Part shown: positions 18,409 through 27,298 of the stretch, one piece after another
How the letters are laid out: each line of letters starts with the position of its first letter
How positions within the stretch are numbered: position 1 is the stretch's first letter
Source: a virus
Lineage: Duplodnaviria; Caudoviricetes
Virus record (IMG/VR): IMGVR_UViG_2974666281_000001
Span: 32,001-96,000 of that record
Reading direction: 5' to 3' (one strand)
Length of the DNA: 64,000 nt
Translations under genes and position numbers: made by a program
Notes under the pieces: generated by a model
Told to the model about the DNA's origin: nothing
The model's database searches: none
What the model saw: only the letters and a program-made list of their open reading frames with translations

Positions 18409-18635
18409 GCTTTCACCTCTTTATTTCCAGTTACCAGACCATGTACCAGAACAACAATTGCAGCTACAACGCCGAATGTCATAACCATTAACAGCGGGTC
18501 AGTAAAGAAACCGTTTAGAGCTTGGTACCAATCAAGCCATTCCATACGCATACGGAAGAAAGCCACAAACTTCTCACCTTCACGGTCGATGAACAAGTTA
18601 ACAACCCACCAAAAAGCAAATACGATAGTTTCCAT
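18405..18635 (-). CDS. early membrane protein
   Basis: Start METIVF with RBS GAGG; hydrophobic termini. Confidence 0.7.
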   Translation of the reverse strand: METIVFAFWWVVNLFIDREGEKFVAFFRMRMEWLDWYQALNGFFTDPLLMVMTFGVVAAIVVLVHGLVTGNKEVKA

Positions 18636-18666
18636 TATAATTTCCTCATTTCGTTTCAGTAAAGCC

Positions 18667-18696
18667 ATCATAACATGTATGATGGCTGTTGTAAAT
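18667..18696 (-). promoter_or_regulatory. early promoter with stem-loop
   Basis: ATTTACA-N17-TATGAT; inverted repeat AGCCATCATA/TATGATGGCT. Confidence 0.85.
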
Positions 18697-18698
18697 AC

Positions 18699-19679
18699 TT
18701 ACTTAAGCAAAGTTACTTCAGCAATTTCTTCCCAACCATTTTCGTCTGTAGCTACGAAGTCAGCAAGATAAAGCGCAGTACGTAACGATACATTACGAAG
18801 CTTAGCAACATTAGCTTTCATCCAAGCCAGAGCTTCATAAGTCTGAGCATCTGTAAGACCACGTTTCTGCATCATGTCAGTAGAGAGAATTACATCTTCA
18901 ACACGAACCATGATTTCTTCGTTTGAGTGAACACCAAGGTCCAGATAAACAGAACGTGATACTAGAGCTTGAAGGTGTGGAGAAAGTTTAGAACCACGCT
19001 CTAATTCACGGTCGATATCGACGTTAGTGATGAACACGATAGTTCCAGCAAACTCAAACTCTTTATCAATGCCTTTGTCATCAAGATAAGCTGAAGCAGT
19101 GCTCCAACAAACTTTACGAGTTTCACCAGTATCGAGTGCAGCTTTCAGAAGGTTCAGGATATCCATGTCACTGAACACATCAACATCATCCAGAAGCAGA
19201 ACTGAACCTTCTTCTTTATTTTTCCAGAGCTGTTCGTAGAGGCCAATACCTGAGATTTTACCGTTGATGCTTTTGAAAACGATTTCACCACGTTCGTCAG
19301 CAGCTTTCAGATTTTTCTCTAAAGTGTATGTCTTACCAATACCTGCAGCACCAGAGATAATTAATGAACGGATATTACCAGAAATGATGCCTTTAGTCAT
19401 CATATTCATCACTGTGAAGCGTTTGTTGATACGTTGTTTCATTTCCTCTTCTGATTCAACTGAAGTCAGAGGAGAAACCTCCATTCCTTCCATTTCGATA
19501 TCACATTTGAACACCCATACTCCACGTTCTTTACCATCAACCTGGATGAACACTTTACCGTCACCAAGGTGTGCTTCGTGAACTGGAACAACCTCTGGGA
19601 ACCAGGTCTTAGTTGCAACAAACTTACCATTGATGTCATTGCCGCGGTAAGTACCTTTGTTGATTTGAACGTTGAACAT
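18699..19679 (-). CDS. nrdC.10: AAA+ family ATPase NrdC.10
   Basis: Walker A GAAGIGKT, Walker B LLLDDVD, FITN, ALVSRS. Confidence 0.88.
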   Translation of the reverse strand: MFNVQINKGTYRGNDINGKFVATKTWFPEVVPVHEAHLGDGKVFIQVDGKERGVWVFKCDIEMEGMEVSPLTSVESEEEMKQRINKRFTVMNMMTKGIISGNIRSLIISGAAGIGKTYTLEKNLKAADERGEIVFKSINGKISGIGLYEQLWKNKEEGSVLLLDDVDVFSDMDILNLLKAALDTGETRKVCWSTASAYLDDKGIDKEFEFAGTIVFITNVDIDRELERGSKLSPHLQALVSRSVYLDLGVHSNEEIMVRVEDVILSTDMMQKRGLTDAQTYEALAWMKANVAKLRNVSLRTALYLADFVATDENGWEEIAEVTLLK

Positions 19680-19717
19680 TTTATTTCTCCATTTACTTGT
19701 TTTGTTTCGATGCAGCT

Positions 19718-19746
19718 ATAATAACATGTTTGAAGCAGATGTACAT
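19718..19746 (-). promoter_or_regulatory. probable early promoter (variant -35)
   Basis: ATGTACA-N16-TATTAT. Confidence 0.6.
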
Positions 19747-19774
19747 ACCTTTTTGAAAAAGATTTAAATGCCCG

Positions 19775-19795
19775 AAAGGGACCCGAAGGTCCCTT
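19775..19795 (-). terminator. terminator-like hairpin
   Basis: AAGGGACC-TTCG-GGTCCCTTT. Confidence 0.75.
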
Positions 19796-19797
19796 CA

Positions 19798-20034
19798 TTA
19801 TGAGTGCTTGTCTATCTGATGGTCTGCCAATCGTTTAGGCAGTGACCAAATGGCTTTCAAGAGACCCATGACGCAGACACAGACACCAATCCAGAGCCAT
19901 AGAGTTAAGAAGAACCAGAAATCAACTGCAGTATCAACTGCACCACGTTTAATCATGTAGCGAGTAATAATGTAGCCCACTGTGAAGTAGACCACAAGGA
20001 TAAAAGCAAATAGCACCATAAAAGTTATACTCAT
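19798..20034 (-). CDS. membrane protein
   Basis: Two TM segments; start trimmed to MSITFMV. Confidence 0.75.
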   Translation of the reverse strand: MSITFMVLFAFILVVYFTVGYIITRYMIKRGAVDTAVDFWFFLTLWLWIGVCVCVMGLLKAIWSLPKRLADHQIDKHS

Positions 20035-20225
20035 ATTGCGTCCCAATATAGCTTGAACTCTATCTGATGACGAGCCCACCGTTTAAATTTCCGAAGTTGT
20101 TTCTTGGTAGGTTTACAAGCAAACTTACCGTTCACCCTGAATCCTGTTTCTCGACAAACTGCTTCAAGATACCAACGTCTGCCTGTTCGTGGATGGGGTC
20201 TCCCGTAAGAGACCCATGTTTTCAT
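20031..20225 (-). CDS. basic hypothetical protein
   Basis: MKTWVSYGRPHPRTGRRW...KPTKKQLRKFKRWAR. Confidence 0.7.
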   Translation of the reverse strand: MKTWVSYGRPHPRTGRRWYLEAVCRETGFRVNGKFACKPTKKQLRKFKRWARHQIEFKLYWDAI

Positions 20226-20229
20226 TATA

Positions 20230-21243
20230 CTATCGGTTGTAATAAGCGTTGTGGTTGTCAAGATAGACCTTCTCTATGAAGTTGTCCCAAAAGGTCATAT
20301 CGACCTTTTTACGCATACCATTTCGTTCAGCGTTGATAGCTAGGGTTTCAACCAAATCGACTGTATCTTCTAGAAGTTCTTGAACTTCTTTGAAAGCCAC
20401 TTCACCAGCCTTAATCAGTTTTATGATTCCAGCTTCACGTAATGGGAATACTAAATCACCAGTTGTATAGATTTCTTTCAATTGAACGCCAGCTCGATAA
20501 GCATGGCTCAATGCTTTCCAATCTATACCTTCGTTAGCTTCTGCTTTACGAGCACGTTCACCGTATTCGTCCCACAGTTTCATCAGAGAATGCTTCATTT
20601 CTTTGATAGTGATAGTTGTCTGGAACTTACGGCCTAGCACGTTATAAAACTTCTGAACACCTGACTTATGGTCAACAAAATCAGTCCATTCTAAGAATTC
20701 GCCAAGAGGAAGCTTTTCAGCGATATCTTGAACTTTCCAACGCTCGTTAATACCTTTCTGCTGAGGACGATCATCATACTTCCATTCTGGAATATCTTTG
20801 ATAACATCTATTACTTTACGCAGGTCAGCCAGACGAGAGCCTTTGACACCATATTTTGCCGCTTGCTTACGAACATAACCTAGATAGGATTTCATGTCAG
20901 TAGTGTAGAAACGAGAGCGGTTTTCTTGAATAAACTTCCAGACATCAGGTAAATCAGAAGCCACTACAAGATTAGCAGGAGTATGAAGCATATCAAGAGC
21001 AACAGTTTCTCCTGTTGAAGCGAGCTCAAAGAAATATTTGAGACTGTACAACTCATGGTCAACGTCGTCCTTACTATTTTTCGAAGCAGTGTTGTTAGTG
21101 TTCAGATTAGTATGGTTCATTGCACGACCCATTAGGATATCTCGAGGGTGTGGAACAAAGATTTCTTTAAAGTCTACATCAGACTCAGGAGTAGATGTCC
21201 CATAAAGATGACTACCAAAATAGCCTTTCATTACTGTTTTCAT
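20230..21243 (-). CDS. nrdC.11: nucleotidyltransferase-family protein NrdC.11
   Basis: GSHLYGTSTPESDVDFKEIF (GS...DxD), DWKALSHAYR. Confidence 0.9.
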   Translation of the reverse strand: MKTVMKGYFGSHLYGTSTPESDVDFKEIFVPHPRDILMGRAMNHTNLNTNNTASKNSKDDVDHELYSLKYFFELASTGETVALDMLHTPANLVVASDLPDVWKFIQENRSRFYTTDMKSYLGYVRKQAAKYGVKGSRLADLRKVIDVIKDIPEWKYDDRPQQKGINERWKVQDIAEKLPLGEFLEWTDFVDHKSGVQKFYNVLGRKFQTTITIKEMKHSLMKLWDEYGERARKAEANEGIDWKALSHAYRAGVQLKEIYTTGDLVFPLREAGIIKLIKAGEVAFKEVQELLEDTVDLVETLAINAERNGMRKKVDMTFWDNFIEKVYLDNHNAYYNR

Positions 21244-21683
21244 AAGTAAATATGTCTTCCTTTAGCAAATTTGACTAAATCGTTTGCAGCTTTAACTTTA
21301 GCCTCGATAGCTTCTTTATCTGCAAGCTTTTTAGAAGTCAATTGGGATTGTCCAATTTTCTTGTACGTGTAAAAATATTGAACATCATGCGTATGATACA
21401 TTTCACCATCAGGATGTTGTTCACGTTCTACTGTGCTTCTTATTGAAGTTTCAATCATTGGCCAAATAGCCCAATCAGAAGGTGTTCTGATAATAGCTAC
21501 TGATATTTTGGTTTTACCATAACTATAGTCATTAATATAACCTAAAATACGAGAAGCACGGTCCATTAATGCGAACGTAATATCAGAATAAGAAGCCATA
21601 GGCATTTGCTTTACAATACTCATTGTAAGCTTCTTTTTAGTTGTTATGATTTCAATATCCACGGATAAATTCCCATTGACCAT
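21240..21683 (-). CDS. hypothetical protein
   Basis: 147-aa ORF, coupled. Confidence 0.75.
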   Translation of the reverse strand: MVNGNLSVDIEIITTKKKLTMSIVKQMPMASYSDITFALMDRASRILGYINDYSYGKTKISVAIIRTPSDWAIWPMIETSIRSTVEREQHPDGEMYHTHDVQYFYTYKKIGQSQLTSKKLADKEAIEAKVKAANDLVKFAKGRHIYL

Positions 21684-21903
21684 TACGATAACGAACCATC
21701 GATTGAAGATCTAAACGACCTTCAAATACAGATGTATTACCAGAGATAAGGTTATGTCTAACTTTAATCTGTTCGCCATTTTCGAAAGTAAAAATAGCTA
21801 TAGGCTGTAGTGACATTAAAGATTTCTCGATTGAGGAATTAAAAACGGCCTTTCGGCCGTTTATTGTATATTCACCGTAGTCTTTAAGCATTTTCAAGTC
21901 CAA
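21652..21903 (-). CDS. hypothetical protein
   Basis: 83-aa ORF, coupled; start uncertain. Confidence 0.65.
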   Translation of the reverse strand: MDLKMLKDYGEYTINGRKAVFNSSIEKSLMSLQPIAIFTFENGEQIKVRHNLISGNTSVFEGRLDLQSMVRYRNGQWEFIRGY

Positions 21904-22402
21904 ACGCAGTGAGAGCCGATTTATCTCGTGGGTTCAACATAGAAGCTTTACCCTCTGGGTCTGTTAAGAACAGAGTACCATCGCCAGCAACGCCTACAAC
22001 AGTATATCCTTTTCCACATTTCCACAATATATCGTTAGTCGCAACAGGACTAAAGACAGTTGAATTTACACGTTTATGTCGACATGGAATCTTTTTATCA
22101 TTGAAAATAACTTCGGTATGACCAGCATCAGAATAAACTTCACAAAGGTTCCATGAGGTGATGTCAGTTTCGCCAACAATGCTGTAAGTTTTACCTAATA
22201 AGTCAATGATAAGCAGATGATTATTACTGGTGGAAATATGCTGAGCGTAAATAAGAGTTTTCTTATCTGATTTGTGAACCATACGGATGATGTATTTGAA
22301 AACTTCTTTAGTGACGCTTCCACCACGATTAATAAAAATATCATCACCTACAGTTAATTCAACTAGTTTAGTTTGAGCTACTTGCTTTTTAGTACCAATC
22401 AT
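21884..22402 (-). CDS. hypothetical protein
   Basis: 172 aa; RBS GAGG. Confidence 0.75.
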   Translation of the reverse strand: MIGTKKQVAQTKLVELTVGDDIFINRGGSVTKEVFKYIIRMVHKSDKKTLIYAQHISTSNNHLLIIDLLGKTYSIVGETDITSWNLCEVYSDAGHTEVIFNDKKIPCRHKRVNSTVFSPVATNDILWKCGKGYTVVGVAGDGTLFLTDPEGKASMLNPRDKSALTAFGLENA

Positions 22403-22414
22403 TTCTTTTTCCTC

Positions 22415-22436
22415 AAAACAGGGCCTTTCGGCCCTT
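22415..22436 (-). terminator. intrinsic terminator
   Basis: AGGGCC-GAAA-GGCCCT-GTTTT. Confidence 0.75.
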
Positions 22437-22440
22437 TTAG

Positions 22441-22926
22441 TTATTCAGACTTTTCTGCGTCAACGAATTCAATAGAAGGGCAGAATTTAGACTTTTTAGC
22501 TTTAATAAAAGACATCATCAATGATGGTTCTTTAGGCGGTATACCTGATTCACGTCGTTCTTTTTCTTTTTGATACTTACGTTCTTCTAAATAATCTTTA
22601 ACCCATTCAGTAAGCCAGTGTACACCAAATGCAATACCAAAACAAACTGCACCTATAGCTGCAATTAGAATCAAACCAACAAACACAGAAGAAATAGCAG
22701 TAACTACAGAGCCAGTTGTGATACCGACTACACTAAGAAGCCATACGGTCAAACCATTACCTAACATCCAGGCTAAAGAAGCTACACCCACCGCTTTAAT
22801 AAATGCAAACAAAGTAAAGAAAGCCGTTTTCCAGAAGTACGGACATAACGACGTAGGAATTTTCCATTCATTACCAGAATAGAATTTGTTCAACTTAAAG
22901 TGCCAAGAGTTACGATAGATTTGCAT
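22441..22926 (-). CDS. membrane protein
   Basis: NSWHFKL...SLCPYFW, multiple TM segments, KSKFCP tail. Confidence 0.8.
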   Translation of the reverse strand: MQIYRNSWHFKLNKFYSGNEWKIPTSLCPYFWKTAFFTLFAFIKAVGVASLAWMLGNGLTVWLLSVVGITTGSVVTAISSVFVGLILIAAIGAVCFGIAFGVHWLTEWVKDYLEERKYQKEKERRESGIPPKEPSLMMSFIKAKKSKFCPSIEFVDAEKSE

Positions 22927-22927
22927 A

Positions 22928-23191
22928 TTATAGACCTTTCAAAGATAGGATAACAGAGTTTAAGTAACGGACTAAAGCTTCAGCTTCAGCTTTTGTTAGT
23001 GCGAGTTCATCGATATCGCTTAAGTCGCGTTGGATAATTGTCACAAAATCACAGCAAACACCTTTTTCGATATTAACATCACGACGAACAGATAGTTCAG
23101 TGTCGTAGTTAACACCGTGGTCTGGAGTAATATCAGACACGAGTAAAGCTTTACATTCTTTACCAGGTTCGAGCCATTGTAAATTTGTCAT
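22928..23191 (-). CDS. early hypothetical protein
   Basis: 87 aa behind an early promoter. Confidence 0.75.
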   Translation of the reverse strand: MTNLQWLEPGKECKALLVSDITPDHGVNYDTELSVRRDVNIEKGVCCDFVTIIQRDLSDIDELALTKAEAEALVRYLNSVILSLKGL

Positions 23192-23220
23192 TTTATACCT
23201 TGTTTGTTTAACGTAGAGCC

Positions 23221-23249
23221 ATTATAACATGATTCTAGAGGATGTAAAC
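23221..23249 (-). promoter_or_regulatory. early promoter
   Basis: GTTTACA-N16-TATAAT. Confidence 0.85.
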
Positions 23250-23476
23250 TACTTGATGTAGTTGCTATACTGTTCAGAACCTTTTCGAATGATTCGAGAG
23301 CAATAAGGCAGAGATTCAGTGGTTTTGATGAACCGTTCTAGCTCATAAGTAGTGCATGTGGTCATAGTGTACATCAAAGCACCAGTTGCGCCTTTGTATT
23401 GGCAAATCTCTACGCGTTCAGACTTGTCGTACTGACGGGTGACAACAAGATCGCCCACTTCAAGTTTAGTTGACAT
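23249..23476 (-). CDS. hypothetical protein
   Basis: MSTKLEVGDLVV...RVEICQ. Confidence 0.7.
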   Translation of the reverse strand: MSTKLEVGDLVVTRQYDKSERVEICQYKGATGALMYTMTTCTTYELERFIKTTESLPYCSRIIRKGSEQYSNYIK

Positions 23477-23477
23477 A

Positions 23478-24164
23478 CTACCACCCAAATTGGTCAGAAG
23501 TTACAAACACTTGTTGTTGCTTACGAAAGATTTCATTCAAATCTTTCTGCGGTTCGAGATAATCAGATTCAGTGACACGAATCAAATAACGCCAACCTGC
23601 AGAACGTGCCGCTTGAGCTGTGTGAAGTTCCCACCAATCCCACTCGTAAATAATGCCTGGAATCACTTCATAGGTTTCGAGATGTCGACGAGTTCGAGCC
23701 ATTTGTTCAGAAACACGTTTGTACAAAGAACCGTCAGGCTGACAGGGAACGTTGAGTTCAATATTACGATTCTTTACAAACATTGTAGGACAATCACAGC
23801 CAAGAACCATCAAATGATAACGTGGCGAGCGTCCTTCTTCTTGTTTGAAGATATTTGGAGTTCCACGAGCAGGACTCATTGAACCACCACGTGGTACACC
23901 ATCAGTGTGCCAGCCTGGAATAGCAGGGAACATCCCTGGTTGGAGCAGGTGTGTCTTTACGTCAACCGTAATATGATTATAGTCCATACCTAAGTTCATT
24001 GATGCTAGCGCCGCCTGAGTGATTGCTCCACCAAAGTTCATAGCCACATCTACTGAAGCATTCCACAACCCAGGTGCATTTTTAATATCGTTCTGGGTAA
24101 AGCCTTGAACTAATTGGCCTGTCTTGACTTCACCACGATTAAACATCATAGGAACAGTCTGCAT
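23478..24164 (-). CDS. putative 2-oxoglutarate/Fe(II) dioxygenase-like protein
   Basis: IPGWHTDGVP (HxD), distal ELHTA (H) and RYLIRV (R). Confidence 0.6.
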   Translation of the reverse strand: MQTVPMMFNRGEVKTGQLVQGFTQNDIKNAPGLWNASVDVAMNFGGAITQAALASMNLGMDYNHITVDVKTHLLQPGMFPAIPGWHTDGVPRGGSMSPARGTPNIFKQEEGRSPRYHLMVLGCDCPTMFVKNRNIELNVPCQPDGSLYKRVSEQMARTRRHLETYEVIPGIIYEWDWWELHTAQAARSAGWRYLIRVTESDYLEPQKDLNEIFRKQQQVFVTSDQFGW

Positions 24165-24174
24165 TATATTTTCC

Positions 24175-24441
24175 TCATCTTAATTGTGAATCTTTTGAAC
24201 CACGACGGTTGTAGTAGCTTTTAACCACGTTATCAGCCTTACTTTGACATTCAACACAAAGTAAACAACCAGGAACAGCCTTACGGCGAGCCAAAGGAAT
24301 AGGTTCATCACACTTCTCACAGAATTCAGCACTTTCACGTTTTGAAGCTAACTCAAGCTCTAGGCGAGCCCAGTCAACTGCATCATTTACTACGGCTTCA
24401 CGGGTAGCGAAACCTTCATCACTTGGACCCCAACCGTTCAT
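24175..24441 (-). CDS. DksA/TraR-family C4 zinc finger, YbiI-like
   Basis: CEKCDEPIPLARRKAVPGCLLCVECQ and C-terminal YNRRGSKDSQLR. Confidence 0.92.
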   Translation of the reverse strand: MNGWGPSDEGFATREAVVNDAVDWARLELELASKRESAEFCEKCDEPIPLARRKAVPGCLLCVECQSKADNVVKSYYNRRGSKDSQLR

Positions 24442-24548
24442 CAGATGCTCTTCTGTACCAAGTCAATAAGATTATTCACTAAGTTGTAAGTGAACAGTGG
24501 ATTATGATATTGGACAAAAAGATATCCAGCAATAAGTAAATATTTCAT
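24441..24548 (-). CDS. small hydrophobic protein (35 aa, not in ORF track)
   Basis: MKYLLIAGYLFVQYHNPLFTYNLVNNLIDLVQKSI; RBS AGGAG. Confidence 0.7.
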   Translation of the reverse strand: MKYLLIAGYLFVQYHNPLFTYNLVNNLIDLVQKSI

Positions 24549-24604
24549 AAGTTCTCCTGATTGAGAGGGCATCTTTTATCATGCCCTCTCTGTGTTGTAA
24601 ACTA

Positions 24605-25051
24605 TTAGTAATCGTAGTACATTTCCATTTCACGCCATTCCTGACGTTCACGTTCTTGATCTTCAGGCGTAAAACCTTTAGCATAAGCTTGGTCAACCGG
24701 GTCACTGAATTCATCAGCTTTCAGTTCAGCCAAGAACTTCATGGCGGCTTCTTTAGAAGTATAAGCACGGTTCAGGTTATACACACCACGGTTAGTACCT
24801 GTGTCAACACCCATGTCATTCAAAGAGCTTTCAGTTTTGTAAGAACTTTCTTTGCCAGAACAATCAATGTAACAGTTAATCAGTTTGACAAACAGATACT
24901 TTTGGCTTCCACAGAGCTCAACTTCATACGGATGTGAAGTGATGATGAGCTTGTTGATTTCACTTTCATCTACGACAGTGTTTTTACGATTGACACCATA
25001 TACATGATACAACACACGGCCTGGAACGAAATCACTAAGTTGAGCTTTCAT
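24605..25051 (-). CDS. early hypothetical protein
   Basis: 148 aa; RBS GAGG; first gene behind an early promoter. Confidence 0.8.
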   Translation of the reverse strand: MKAQLSDFVPGRVLYHVYGVNRKNTVVDESEINKLIITSHPYEVELCGSQKYLFVKLINCYIDCSGKESSYKTESSLNDMGVDTGTNRGVYNLNRAYTSKEAAMKFLAELKADEFSDPVDQAYAKGFTPEDQERERQEWREMEMYYDY

Positions 25052-25079
25052 AATATTTTCCTCATGTTTGTGTAGGAGT

Positions 25080-25109
25080 ATAGTAACACGATCTTTTTAT
25101 GATGTAAAC
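25080..25109 (-). promoter_or_regulatory. early promoter
   Basis: GTTTACA-N17-TACTAT. Confidence 0.9.
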
Positions 25110-25117
25110 ACTTTACG

Positions 25118-25150
25118 AAAAAAGGCACCCCTCAAATGAGAAGTGCCTTT
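25118..25150 (-). terminator. intrinsic terminator after rI.-1
   Basis: AAAGGCACTTCTCA-TT-TGAGGGGTGCCTTT followed by TTT. Confidence 0.85.
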
Positions 25151-25153
25151 AAA

Positions 25154-25540
25154 TTATTCGAGAGAAAGCAAATATTTTGTTTGATAACATACACCTACGA
25201 TTTCATCAATCGTGCTTTGAATAGCCGGTGGCATGCTTTTATAGATTTTGTCAGCTTCTTCTATGAGAATGTCTAACATTTTTACAGTGTCTGTAGGTAG
25301 CTCAGATTGGGAGACTTGGTACGGGGTATACTTACGACCGCTGAAGCCAAGCCACTGTTCACCAAACTTGTCAGTTAAATCAGAAATAGCATCAAAGAAC
25401 TTATTGTAAGCTTTATGACGTGAGTAGTTCTTCGTTTCGAAGTGAGTTGAATGGAAATAAGATGCTGATACCAGAAGTAAACCTGTAAAACGGTCTGCTG
25501 GCTCTACCTTACCATCTTTTATAAATTCATTGAATTTCAT
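25154..25540 (-). CDS. rI.-1: rI.-1, ferritin/Dps-like four-helix protein
   Basis: YFHSTHFETKNYSRHKAY...DKFGEQWLG...QTKYLLSLE; synteny. Confidence 0.88.
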   Translation of the reverse strand: MKFNEFIKDGKVEPADRFTGLLLVSASYFHSTHFETKNYSRHKAYNKFFDAISDLTDKFGEQWLGFSGRKYTPYQVSQSELPTDTVKMLDILIEEADKIYKSMPPAIQSTIDEIVGVCYQTKYLLSLE

Positions 25541-25820
25541 TATCTAATGGAACCTTCATACTATAAGCATATTCTATGCCTGCATGTTTTCCATCAACCG
25601 AACAATCTCGGTCGCATACACCATCCTTTTCTTGCCATTTGGCTTGAATAAAAGCAAAGAACTTTTCAGATTGTTGTTTACTAGGTTCTTTAAACTTTGA
25701 GTAAACAGTTAGTGCGCCTTCGACATATTGGTTGAAGCTAGCGTCTTCCGCTGATGAAACTGATGGGGCCAAACAAGCCCCTATTAATATAGTTGTTGAT
25801 AAAACACGAATAAGGCCCAT
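25527..25820 (-). CDS. rI: antiholin RI (lysis inhibition)
   Basis: 97 aa, N-terminal signal/SAR, YSKFKEPSKQQSEKF, two Cys. Confidence 0.9.
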   Translation of the reverse strand: MGLIRVLSTTILIGACLAPSVSSAEDASFNQYVEGALTVYSKFKEPSKQQSEKFFAFIQAKWQEKDGVCDRDCSVDGKHAGIEYAYSMKVPLDNEIQ

Positions 25821-25829
25821 AAGGACTCC

Positions 25830-26048
25830 TTATTTCTGCCCTGTATTTTTCTTATGCTGCAAAACAGCCTTAACCGTAGCGAGGTATTTGTCGAGCGAGC
25901 GTTTACGTGTATAATCTGCTTTAGAACCTAACAAACGAATTTCTTCTTGAAGACGTGCAATAGCATGTCCGGTTTCATGACGAATTTCGTCTAATTGAAC
26001 CACAGTGAGATTACGAAGTTTCTTTTCGCTTAAATGCTGCATATACAC
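25830..26048 (-). CDS. rI.1: rI.1 protein
   Basis: [18 protein letters not shown]...[14 protein letters not shown]. Confidence 0.88.
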   Translation of the reverse strand: MYMQHLSEKKLRNLTVVQLDEIRHETGHAIARLQEEIRLLGSKADYTRKRSLDKYLATVKAVLQHKKNTGQK

Positions 26049-26069
26049 CTCTTAGGTTAGTTACACAAG

Positions 26070-26077
26070 TATTTATT
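26070..26077 (-). promoter_or_regulatory. late promoter for rI.1-rI-rI.-1
   Basis: AATAAATA (variant of TATAAATA) in the intergenic gap. Confidence 0.65.
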
Positions 26078-26104
26078 CATTTACAAATTGTAGAAAAATT
26101 TAAC

Positions 26105-26488
26105 TTAATCCCACAACATCTGGGTTAGGCCTTTTTCATATTTACGAGCAGCTTTCTCGTCCCAATTATAATCAGTGTCGTTTCTCAACGAGTTTTTGAT
26201 TTCCATCTTGTGAAATACACGAGGAATCGGTGAAGCATATCGCATCCAGCGCAGAGTCTTCCAAAATGAATCACGATGACGCTCTTTCATCATAGAAGCA
26301 AGCTCTAAAGGTCTTTCCATGTTTTCTGCAATTTGTTTATCAACATATTTCTGTTGATATTCTTTGTCTTTCTTAGTTTTAACGTATTCGGTATAACGTT
26401 TGATATAAGCGAATTCGTTATTCTTCTGGTCGTGCCATTTAGATGAAGTGGTCACGTGCCAGCCTTTACGACGGATAGTTCTTGACAT
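26105..26488 (-). CDS. basic hypothetical protein
   Basis: MSRTIRRKG...; RBS GAGGT. Confidence 0.8.
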   Translation of the reverse strand: MSRTIRRKGWHVTTSSKWHDQKNNEFAYIKRYTEYVKTKKDKEYQQKYVDKQIAENMERPLELASMMKERHRDSFWKTLRWMRYASPIPRVFHKMEIKNSLRNDTDYNWDEKAARKYEKGLTQMLWD

Positions 26489-26549
26489 AATTACCTCTTG
26501 AGTTTACATTAAAGTACCTCAATGGTAATAAAACCCTGATTTAAACATA

Positions 26550-26720
26550 TTAACCTCTGTCAATAATTTCATAGATTTTGTTTAGATAATCATCGCCTAA
26601 ACGAGCTCGAATCAGTTCTTCAAAAGTAATAGGTTTTTCAGCCCAGCCTAATACTACGGATTGGGTTTGAAGAACATGTTGAAGCTCTTCAAGGGCTTCT
26701 TGTTTAGTACTAATTGTCAT
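26550..26720 (-). CDS. hypothetical protein (56 aa, not in ORF track)
   Basis: MTISTKQEALEELQHVLQTQSVVLGWAEKPITFEELIRARLG... Confidence 0.65.
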   Translation of the reverse strand: MTISTKQEALEELQHVLQTQSVVLGWAEKPITFEELIRARLGDDYLNKIYEIIDRG

Positions 26721-27297
26721 AAACACCTAACATCTCGCACCAATGTTTGCGACAAAGTGAGACGTATTTGTCTTCTCCACCAAGTTCAACTTGGTCCCCA
26801 TCTTTGACTGCATTACCTTCAGAGTCAATACGTGCTACCATAGTTGCTTTACGTCCACAATGGCATACACCTTTAAGCTCAACCAGTTTATCCGCTGTCG
26901 CCAACAAAGCTTTAGAACCTTCAAACAATTCACCACGGAAATCCGTACGTAGCCCATAAGCCATCACAGGCACATGGTAGATATCTACTATTTGACACAG
27001 CTGAAGAACTTGATTAGGCTCAAGAAATTGGGCTTCATCAACCAGCACACAGTGAATATCACGTTGTGTTTGGGCCCATTTAAAGAACTCAAGAATATTC
27101 ATTCCTTTATGAATAACATTGGCTTCTTGTCTAAGACCTATACGAGATACAACTTCTGTTGCAGAATCTCGATCATCCACAGCAGGCTTCATTACTAGTG
27201 TACCCATACCGCGTTCTTTATAGTTGTGAGCTACTGAAAGAAGTGCGGTACTTTTACCTGCATTCATTGAAGCAAAATTAAAATAAAGTTGAGCCAT
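26710..27297 (-). CDS. tk: thymidine kinase
   Basis: ASMNAGKST, VLVDEAQF, YGLRTDF, CHCG...YVSLCRKHW. Confidence 0.98.
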   Translation of the reverse strand: MAQLYFNFASMNAGKSTALLSVAHNYKERGMGTLVMKPAVDDRDSATEVVSRIGLRQEANVIHKGMNILEFFKWAQTQRDIHCVLVDEAQFLEPNQVLQLCQIVDIYHVPVMAYGLRTDFRGELFEGSKALLATADKLVELKGVCHCGRKATMVARIDSEGNAVKDGDQVELGGEDKYVSLCRKHWCEMLGVYDN

Positions 27298-27298
27298 A

